A DNA stretch of 43,445 nucleotides from positions 1 to 43,445 of the IMG/VR virus record IMGVR_UViG_3300028589_000003, one strand, 5' to 3'. Each line of letters begins with the position of its first letter. The first letter of the stretch is position 1. A model generated the notes under the pieces. It searched no databases. It was not told the origin of the DNA and saw only the letters and a list, made by a program, of their open reading frames with translations. The position numbers were made by a program, and so were the translations under genes. The DNA is from a virus. This document shows positions 23,524 through 32,600 of this stretch, piece by piece.

Positions 23524-25859
23524 CTCGCTGTGGTTGCTCGCCAGAACACACGAACGGTGCCGGCTGCGCCAAAGTTGGCAAGGCTGCCAGTCTTGACGGT
23601 CAGGGTCACCGATGATGCTGTTGGCGTGTTGCTGTTGCAGACGACTGCGGTTGCCCCGAGAGCAGTAGTGTTGACGCTCTCAGTAACAATTGGCGGGTCT
23701 TTAAAGATACCAGATGGGAAAGTGACCACAGCGCTCGCAGAAGCCTGCGAGGTGGTAACAGGGATGTCTACGAAGCCACCGATAGATACACCCGTTACCT
23801 CGGTCGCCGTGTGCACCTGAGCGGCTTCGCCTGGAGCCTCAAAACCGTTCATACTGGTCCGAGCAAATGCTGATCCTCCCGAGTTGGTAACTCGGACAGA
23901 CTCATAGCCTGGCGCAGCTTGGGCGACCTGGGCGCCGTCGAGCTTCACGCGGGCATCGGTCGCGAGGGAGTTGCGTTGGATGATCTTGAACACGGACATC
24001 GCAGCAGGCGCATAAACAACCATGCCAGAGCAATCAAATGTTCCACCGATGGTGTCGGCCGCCGCACTCGAGGTGTTGTTGCCGCCGCAGTCCACCACCC
24101 CACGTGACGCGGCAGCGGGGTTTGTGTCTGCATAGCAGCGAACGCCCGAATAGTCTCGGTCGTAGCCTGTCATTTCAGCGTGATAGAAGCAAATGCCATC
24201 GTCAGCCGCGAACACCCTGCCTTTCACGGTGATGTGGTTACCACCGCCATCAAAGCCGCCGTAGATGTCTCCCTCGAAGGTGAAATATTCAGTGTTGCCG
24301 TGCGTATCAACCGCATGCGCCAACCCTTCGAAGGTAGTAGTTGCTGTTCCTCGGCACACAATATCGCGACATGGAACGCTGCCAATATCGCCATACCCGC
24401 CAGTTGTAATACCGTGACGCGAAGCCGAGAAGTAGCCCTCCATACGCATATGCTGGCAGTTGGAGAAGATCAGGCCGTAGTCATTGCCAGTTCCGGACAT
24501 GAGACCTTGCTCGGCAACTAGGCCTCGGCCCTCACCGTTAAAGCACTTTTCCAGTTCTATAGCAGACGAAGACTGCTTGCTGTAGCCCTTCAGGCCGGTT
24601 ATATCGAAATCGATCAGGCGCTGAGCCCTGACAGCCATCACTGTTGGCAAGGCCTCAGGTGCATTGACCTTGAGCGAGCCTTCCAGCTTGAACTTGCCGC
24701 CGTTCATCTTATAGATGTTCACCGCTGCAGCTGTGTACCCAGCATAAAGAGGCTTGGTCAGGCGAACCTGCGTCGGGCTTGTGACGGCAGCCACACGGCA
24801 ATACTCACCTGCACGGTAGTAGCTGCGGAAGCTGGAGTAGCTGAAGTCGGTTGGGTTGTAGATGACGAATACGTCGCCTGGAGACAACCCGTGCGCGGAT
24901 GTAAACGTAAGGAGGTTTGCCCCCTTGAGATAATTGATGCTGAGCGCTGGCATAGCAGTGAAGCTGCCGCCGCCCAGTCTAACGGCGCAGGAATTCGGGA
25001 AGTTTCCGACTGTAACTGCGGCGCTAGCGTCGAGCACCACATCCCCGAACGTGCGGAGTACTGTCCCGAATGGGAAAGCAAGCTCACCAGTGAGCTGGTA
25101 AGTGCCTTCATTTATCCCGAGAGAACCGCCGCTTGCAGCCCAGGCTTGCAGGCTGGCGAATTGCTCAGGGAATTTCAGGTTGCTGATTCGGTCGCCAACG
25201 GTCCAGCCATCGTGACCCAGCATCCTTGAACCTTTAAGCACATCCAGCTTGTTGGCCAGATCCTGAACAACTCCAATAAATCCATTGGCTCCCGTGAAGA
25301 TGACATTGGCGGAGTTGTTTATTGGGCCCTGACCAGTAGCAAGAATGCCGGCGATGAAATCAGTGGCCCAACGAAGAGTGGCAGCATCCTGATCATTTAC
25401 AGGGTTGGCCACATTGATGATTCTGTGACCTTTCGCATCCCATGTCTGGCCAGTTGGATCAAGCTGCATGGAGTTGTTGGCAACGCCGAGCGCCTGCTGA
25501 ATCAGCATGGTCAATCGGTCAAAAACGTTCTCATGGATCTCAGGGTAAAAGCGCGATTGGTTGATGATATCGGTTGGCTGCGTAACTGGCATAACGCGAA
25601 GAACCGAAAGCGTCTGGCCGGTCGGCGGCGCGACAAGCATAGTCAGTACGCTGACAGGGTTGCCATCCTGCTCAGGCTCTCCCGCGCCGGAAAGCGTGTA
25701 GTTGATCCCGAGCGTCAGAGGCGTAACCAAGAATGTGGTGTTATCTACAAGCGAAGCCTGGATGTCGGAGTTACTGAAGAACCTGAATGGAAGCGGGAAA
25801 ACGGTCGTGGTCCCGTTGCCCGGAAATGATGTGCGGTCTGTGCTGCTGGCTACGGTCAT
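23520..25859 (-). CDS. Tailspike / tail fibre with beta-helix (depolymerase-like) body
   Basis: 779 aa. The N-terminal ~150 aa (FPGNGTTTVFPLPFRF...YTLSG...RLTMLIQQ...DAKGHRIINVANPVNDQDAATLRW) is the conserved podoviral particle-binding fibre/spike head. The remainder is Gly/Asn/Thr/Val-rich, as in right-handed beta-helix spikes. Confidence 0.8.
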   Translation of the reverse strand: MTVASSTDRTSFPGNGTTTVFPLPFRFFSNSDIQASLVDNTTFLVTPLTLGINYTLSGAGEPEQDGNPVSVLTMLVAPPTGQTLSVLRVMPVTQPTDIINQSRFYPEIHENVFDRLTMLIQQALGVANNSMQLDPTGQTWDAKGHRIINVANPVNDQDAATLRWATDFIAGILATGQGPINNSANVIFTGANGFIGVVQDLANKLDVLKGSRMLGHDGWTVGDRISNLKFPEQFASLQAWAASGGSLGINEGTYQLTGELAFPFGTVLRTFGDVVLDASAAVTVGNFPNSCAVRLGGGSFTAMPALSINYLKGANLLTFTSAHGLSPGDVFVIYNPTDFSYSSFRSYYRAGEYCRVAAVTSPTQVRLTKPLYAGYTAAAVNIYKMNGGKFKLEGSLKVNAPEALPTVMAVRAQRLIDFDITGLKGYSKQSSSAIELEKCFNGEGRGLVAEQGLMSGTGNDYGLIFSNCQHMRMEGYFSASRHGITTGGYGDIGSVPCRDIVCRGTATTTFEGLAHAVDTHGNTEYFTFEGDIYGGFDGGGNHITVKGRVFAADDGICFYHAEMTGYDRDYSGVRCYADTNPAAASRGVVDCGGNNTSSAAADTIGGTFDCSGMVVYAPAAMSVFKIIQRNSLATDARVKLDGAQVAQAAPGYESVRVTNSGGSAFARTSMNGFEAPGEAAQVHTATEVTGVSIGGFVDIPVTTSQASASAVVTFPSGIFKDPPIVTESVNTTALGATAVVCNSNTPTASSVTLTVKTGSLANFGAAGTVRVFWRATTAR

Positions 25860-25862
25860 TGC

Positions 25863-26180
25863 TTACCCCCTATGAAGCGTTGTTTTTCGCGGGAGCATAC
25901 GCGCTGCATTGCCCCGCGATTGGATTACGGGAATCATGACCATGATCACGAATGCCGTTGATAGCGCAGACCCTCCAAGGTCCGTGGTGCGGAGCTGCCC
26001 TATGGTGATCAGCGAGTACAAGGCCCATCCAAATGAGCCTCCCGCTAGGCCTATAGCCATGAGACTCACGCCAAATTTGAATCTAGCCTGCGGGTCGTGG
26101 AAGCGACCAAGCAGGATGGCGATCACCAAAAGCGCAACGCTCCGAATGATCACCAACCAAACACCGAGATCAATCTCCAT
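25863..26180 (-). CDS. Membrane protein (105 aa, about 3 TM); holin/antiholin candidate
   Basis: ATG 26180 with GAGGTGA upstream. Product MEIDLGVWLVIIRSVALLVIAILLG...VSLMAIGLAGGSFGWALYSLI...ALSTAFVIMVMIPVI. The longer track start overlaps the previous gene. Confidence 0.5.
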   Translation of the reverse strand: MEIDLGVWLVIIRSVALLVIAILLGRFHDPQARFKFGVSLMAIGLAGGSFGWALYSLITIGQLRTTDLGGSALSTAFVIMVMIPVIQSRGNAARMLPRKTTLHRG

Positions 26181-26556
26181 CCTTTTCACCTCGCTTAGCG
26201 CGCAACGGAAAAATGATGTCGAGAACGGTTTCTGCCCACGGAGGGAAATTCTCTTTCCTTTGGACCACCAGCGCGAACGCCAGAAAGATGAAGACAACCA
26301 GCGCCGACACAGCGGCAGCCCATATCATGCTCTGCGGACTATACGGTGGCCCGTCAGGGTATTTGTAGATCCCCGTGGCGTATCCCATCCCCCACGAAAA
26401 CACCGCCAGCAGGACGCGTCTCAGGCCCTTGCTGGACGATGGGTATGCCAGGTAGAAGAAGCACCCGAACGCAGCGCCTGAGGCTGCGTAAGGATTCATT
26501 GCTACCAGCCCGGCAAATAGTGCGGCAGCTAACCAGCCCCCAAATTGCTCCGTCAT
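26170..26556 (-). CDS. Membrane protein (128 aa, 3-4 TM); holin candidate
   Basis: GGWLAAALFAGLVAM, AAFGCFFYLAY, RRVLLAVFSWGMGYATGI and IWAAAVSALVVFIFLAFALVV are hydrophobic segments. The C-terminus is charged. Confidence 0.5.
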   Translation of the reverse strand: MTEQFGGWLAAALFAGLVAMNPYAASGAAFGCFFYLAYPSSSKGLRRVLLAVFSWGMGYATGIYKYPDGPPYSPQSMIWAAAVSALVVFIFLAFALVVQRKENFPPWAETVLDIIFPLRAKRGEKDGD

Positions 26557-26573
26557 TCCGTTCCCCTCCCAGG

Positions 26574-26584
26574 ATATTGATCAA
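26574..26584 (-). promoter_or_regulatory. TTGATCAATAT motif (minus-strand reading) 17 nt upstream of the ATG at 26556
   Basis: Exact copy of the 11-mer at 4012-4022 with identical spacing to the start codon. A partial copy, TGATCAATAG, spans the giant-gene stop (26611-26620). Confidence 0.3.
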
Positions 26585-26617
26585 ATTTTAACCACTTATC
26601 GATGATGGCACTATTGA

Positions 26618-29600
26618 TCATTTTTTAGGCGGTCCGAAGATGACGCCACGGGTCCAGTCAGTTACGCCTTCTGGCTCTATGTCGCCCTCAGCAACACCGA
26701 TCAGGTACTTGACAGTGCGCTTCGGCTGGGCCACTGGCAGGCCGACCGAGTAGCCGATGGTGTCGATGGCAAGGCCTGCTACCCGTGCCGTATCAACGTC
26801 CTTTCCTTCTGCAGCAGACTTGCCGGCCGCACCTGCCTTGCTCAGCGTGTTGAAGACTTCGCCAATGGGAGTTGCACCCTTGTAGGCCCACCCGCTTTCC
26901 AGGCTGGAGGCCAAATCCCGAACAAGCGGGATGCCGAGCAGCGGATAGGTAGCGATCTTGAGCGAAGCCCAGGCGCGCCAATCTTCGTCTTCCCCCGGCC
27001 CTTGGCCACTGACAAGCGGACCAAGTACGGCAGGAATAGCGATCAAGAACATCGTTCGCTCGAAGACGTTCAAGTAATCGGCTGCACCTTTGGCGCTGGA
27101 GAAGGCGCGCTTGATGTCCACCGTGCGGTTATACAGCAGGTTGAAGTAGCTGTAGACGATGGTCAGGGCGCGCATTAGGCCGTCCTTGCGCTGGACTGCA
27201 GCTAGGTCTTTCGGGCCGGCTGCCATCTGCGACAGGCGCACTGCGCGGTCGCCGGCCGCAATCGCCTGCTCGCCATCAAGCCCGCTATCCAGGCCATGCC
27301 GGTATCCAGCAATCCAAGTCGGATAATCGACCATCGCCTGAATCACACCGATGTGCTTAAAGGCCAGTCGCTGCACGAACGAAAGCCAATCACTCTTGCC
27401 GCTGATCTTCTTCAGGACGCCGCGCATGTCGCGGTCAAGGTTGTCCACACGGAAGCGCATTTCGCTGGACATCTGGTTGACCATTTCGATTGAGTCGAAC
27501 GGGTGTCGAATGAACTCCTGCATGCCCTGGAAGATGTAGCGCTTGCCGCCGACCTTGCTGAAGTATTCGAAGGACTGCGAGTAGCCGAGGATCTGCTGCA
27601 GGCCAGTTGTGGCGCTGAAGCCCATGAAGCCAACAGCCAGGTTTGCGCGCAGGCGCTCGGCACCACGGGTCCATGCGTCGATTCCCTTCTGGCTGTCCAG
27701 CACCATGTCGTTCGCAACGCCTTGCAGCCATGGATTGAACTGGTTTGCTACGGCGGGGCCAAGTGTGTCTATCAGCATCTGCTTGATCTGCTTGTCGCCG
27801 ATGATCTTGGCAGCATCCCTGATGGCCTTGCGGTGCGTCAGGTCGTGGATGACTTGGCCAAGGTGCGAGGCGATGATCTCAACGTCCAGCTGGATGGGAG
27901 CAGCGAACGAATCAACACGGGCCTTGGTGTGGCCCTTGGGCGTAGTTGCCCTAGCGTAGCCTTGTTCGAACAGACCACCTTCGTTGCCTAGCTCATTCTG
28001 CACGCCGGCATAAGCACTGCTGCTGGTGTCGTACACAAGGGGCCAGTAGCCGCCACGGAAGGTGCCGTGCTGGGTCACTACAGGTGTTGCCTCGACCTTT
28101 TCAGGAGGAACGCCGTGCAGGTCCTTTTCCAGCTGCACGATCGATGGCCACAGTTCCTCTACCAGATCCCACATCGACTGCACGAACTCCCAATCGCGCT
28201 GCGTCAGGTTGCCAGTGATCTCGTTCAGCTGCTGCTCAGTCCATGCCTTGCCGTTGTGCCCGCCGTCGAGCAGCTTCTTGCGGTTGCTGGCGTTGCCGGT
28301 ATTCAGTGCAGCCGAGAGGATGGCGTTCATGGTAAGCGGCTGCCCAAGGCTCTGAATGTGGATCTTCTGCTGCATGACCTTGGCGCCGCGTTCCTTTGTG
28401 TAGGCGTCCACTATCTCGGTCATCTTGATTGCGATGTCTCGGTTCAGCTGATCCTTGGCGCCCTGGGCTTCAACGAACGGCTGGAAGAAGGCCGTCGACC
28501 ACGGGCCGTCAACCTGTCCACCGTCCAGCCACTCAACAATCTGCTCCATCTTGATCAGGGCCGAACTCAGTTCGCCGGCCTGATCGCCAATTCGCTCAAG
28601 CAGGCCGCGAATGTTCTTGTCGATTGGCGGCGGCGTGCGCTTCTCAAGGTTCGCGTATCCGGCGCGGATCAGGTTGTTCTTGGCCTCTTCGAAGTCCTTC
28701 AGGCGCTTGTTCGCCAGCAGCTTGTTCTTGGTGCTGGCCAAGTGGTTGACGTTGGCTACGAACTCGTCAAGTTCCTGCAGCTGGTCAAGGCTCAGGTCCT
28801 TGTAATTCACGCGCTGGCTGGTGTTCAGCACAAACTCAGGAACGATTGGCTCGTTGCCCATGGCCAGCTGGTCGGCGTACCAGGCTGCAAAGGACTTGCG
28901 TTTGTCGATCTCGCGCAGACTGACCTTGCGGAATTCGTACTGCTCCATCACCGCGTCGATCTGGTCAAGGTAGTCGTGCCCTGCCTTACCCAGGCGCTCG
29001 CGGGTGCTGGCCTTGTTGTACTTGAGCATGCGGGCGGTAATGTCCTCCACCTGCTCGCGGGCCTTGCGCGCTTCCCGGTACATGTAGAAGTTCAGCAGCT
29101 GGCGCTGCTTGGCCTCGTAGGCGGTTTCAAGGTCGCCATTGACGAAGGCCTCATACGACTGGCGGCTGGCCTTGGCCTCAGCGCGCTGGAACTCTGCCGG
29201 CTGGATGTCACGCACTTTGCGCTGGAGCATGACCCTACGTGCGGCTTCCTTGAGGATCTGCTGGGTAGTGATGTTTTTGCGATTGCCCACCTGAGCCAAG
29301 CGGCGCAACTCCTTCTGCAGTACCTCAGCACGGCGCTCGTTGTGGGTGGCTTCGATGGCGCGCTCTGCGGCCTCGCCAGTCGACTTTGGCCCGTGGCGCT
29401 CAAGCATGCGCTGATCAGTCTCGCGCTTGATGACTTGGCTGCGGGGTTCGGCTCCGAGCAAGGCCTTTACCAGCTGATCGCCTGAGTCATAGCCGAGCAT
29501 TGGCCCGACAATGTCCAGGGGCTGGCCGTCTCGGGCATGAGTGAACGCCAGCTTGCGAGTTGCCTTGGCGCCGTAGCGCTCTGCCAGTTCTCCGCTGTTG

Positions 29601-32600
29601 AGCTTGATGCTCAGTTCTGTGCCGTCGGGCATCTGGCCCTTGCGCAGAGCCTTGAGTGCTGCGTACTCGGGCATCGTGTCGACTTCTTCCGTTACCTCGT
29701 CTCGCACCCTGGAGGATTCTTCGCGCCACCACTTCGAACGCCGGCGCTCTTCCTCCCGGACGATCTCTTCTTCAATGGAATCGCGGGCGTCTGCGTGGGC
29801 CAGGTCGATGCTGTTCTGATACGCGGCGAATTCCTGATCCGTCATGCCAGCAGCGGTCGCATCAGCGAACAGAGGGATGGCGTTCGTCACCTGTTCGGCA
29901 GCGGTGATCTGGTCATCAGTGGCCACAAGGCGGTCAAAAACCCGGCGCATATCATCAGTCAGAGTGACGTTCAGCCGACGCAAGTCCTTGTAGATCTGGA
30001 TCAGCCAGCGCTTGAAGCGGGCGAATGCGCCGGCCAGTTCAGGGCTTGGGGCTTTTCCTTCGGCGACATATTTCTCAAATCCTCTAGCAAACTGCTCGTG
30101 AAATTCAGCTCTCTGATCGTCTGTCATTCTGAGCCATGTTTCTAGTAAACTGCCCTCTACCTTCAAATCAGAGGAACTAGAAATATGCCTGTCACTATTA
30201 CCTGCGTTCGCTGCGGATCCTTGAGAGATATCCCCCCCTCTAGGGTTAGGTACACCAAGAGCTTTTGCGGAAGAACTTGCTACAACCTCTACAAGGTTGA
30301 GCAAAGCTCTGGCTCCGTCGACCGTAATGGATACACCCTGATCAGCATCAACGGTAAAAGCGTCCTTGAGCATAGATGGATCATGGAGAACCACATCGGT
30401 CGGAAGCTTTTGCGATCCGAGCACATCCACCACATCAACGGGCAACGATCTGATAACAGAATCGAGAATCTTGTTATTACTGATCGAGCTAGCCACGTGA
30501 TCGAACACGCGGAGGAGAGGTTCAGCACTGATCAGGCCGCTTCCCTCAGGGCGCAAGGACTCACGTACAAGCAGGTCGCGGATAAGCTTGGCGTCAAGCT
30601 CTGCACCGTTTGGTGGAGACTGAATAGAGGCCTGAATGCCAAACCAGCGAAGCAGTGACTCCACGTCGTCTCTGATTTGTTGAGGGGCATTCTGCTTTGC
30701 TGCTAGATCAGTTATTACCTCAAGATAGTAGTGACCCAGTTCGTGGAGAACAGTGGACAGGTCGCGCTTGTCGCCCAAGGAGATCTGGAATCGGCGGTCA
30801 CCCTCGCCGCGTGGAGTGAAGGTGATGAAGCCCCGGGCATCGCCGTTGTCGCTCTGGTTCAGCCGGCGCTGTCCGGCAACAGCCTGCGAGTTCATTTCAG
30901 TGCCATTCCAGCGGACGATTGCTTGGTCAGATGGCGTATCAGCGGTTTGCTCAGGGCTGGCGGCTTGGCGCTCTTCTGCCGTCATGGTGCGGCGGCGCTC
31001 TGTGTTACGGGCCTCCACCTCGCCGGCCAGGCGGCGATACGTCGTTTCAGGGTTGCCGATGTCGCGCATTACTTGCTCGGCATCTGCGGCGCGTTGCTCG
31101 ATCTGTGGCAGATCAGTGGCCAAGGCATCCTGCATCTGTTGTTCGGTTGGCGTGCGCTCGAAGGTATCGATGAATGCCTGCTGGCCAGCTTCATCGCCAA
31201 GGCTATCGATCTCCCGGCGAAGGTCCGCGACCTGACGCCAGTAGTCACGATCAGCCATTGCCTGGTCCTTGTCGGCGCGCATGGCATCCTCTGAGCCGCC
31301 AGTTGCGAAACCCTCGCGCACCTGAATGGCGTGCTGGACCTCATGCATCACAACGTCAATGGCGGGCGAATCAGCGCTGTACAGGGTTGGGTCGCCGATC
31401 TCGATGTATGATCCGACGAAGCCACGCCCTGGCTGAGAAACGAACATCCCGCCAGAGCGGCGGGCGGGGTTCACTCGGATCTGGACCTGCGCCAGCTCAG
31501 GGTACGCGGCGAACAGTGCCGGGTGATTTAGCGCCTCGCCAAGCATTACGCCATCGACCTCGGCGTCATCAAGCCAGTCGTTGACAGGGGCGAACTGGGC
31601 TTGGCTATCGTCAATCTCGAATCGCCACTTGCCATCGGCGCCCTGCGCCCATCCAGTTTCGCGGCGCACCTGCTCGGCGTTGTCGCCAGCCGCAATGCGC
31701 TGTTCAGCATCGGCCAGCGAAGGCATGTCAGCGGTCCAAGCTGTCTGGCCGGCGAATTGGTCAAGGCGACGGCCCTGCTGCGGGCCAGCCTGATCGGCGG
31801 TGAAGGTCAGCGGGAACTGCTGGCGGATCTGCTCCAGGGCTTGGCCAGTGCGCTCGGAGAGGTTGCTCAGTACGGACAGGTGCACGCTGGCGTACTGCTC
31901 GGCATCGGCGCGGCGATACCCGGACGCCACAAGGTCATCGACCACTTCACGATAGGCATTGGTTTCTGGTGAATTCTGCTGGACGATCTTGCTCAGATCA
32001 TCAAGCTGAGCCTCTTGGTCGGCGGTCCAGGTTTCAACATCGGCAGGGCTCATGCCATCAGCCTGGGTGCGGATGCTCTGGCCAAGATCCTGATGGTAGT
32101 CAGCGAAGACGCGCAGATAATCGGCCGTCTTGATCGCCACGCTGCCGCCACGCGCAGAAGCGTCAGCGAATTGTTCGGTCATGCCAGGGATCGACAGCAT
32201 CAGCTCTGGCAGATCGGCCTTGCCATCCTGATTCAGGCGGGTCAGCGCCTCGGCTGGAATCCACAGGGTTTCCATCGGCGTATCGGCAAGCTGGGCCTTG
32301 GCGATATCGCCGAACGTATCAGCCTCGCGGCCACGGGTCTTGCTACCCAGGGAGGCGTCGACCATTTCATCCAGGGACATCTGGCCTTCGCGGGTTTCGC
32401 GTGCACGGCGCAGGCCGTCGCCAATACCTTCGATCAATCGACGGTTGCTGAAGGCAAGGACATCGAGCGACGACATGCCGGCACCGGCCACGGCCTCGAG
32501 CAGAACTTCGCCAGCATCGACTTCGCCTTCAGCAAGGAGCTGGCCGGCTGCCTCACTGGCGCCTTCACCGATACCTTGCACTGGGAACTGAACGGCCAGG

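Noticed and set aside
20721-26556. Diversity-generating retroelement. I searched for one because the capsid/cement genes resemble BPP-1-type phages.
   Set aside because: There is no reverse-transcriptase-like ORF anywhere in the window. I could see no template/variable repeat pair near the fibre or spike 3' ends by eye.
30146-30640. Intein explanation for the in-frame insertion in the giant protein.
   Set aside because: The endonuclease is encoded on the opposite strand. The inserted peptide has no Cys/Ser/Thr N-terminal junction or His-Asn plus Cys/Ser/Thr C-terminal junction, and it looks like shadow sequence. Protein splicing is therefore unlikely.
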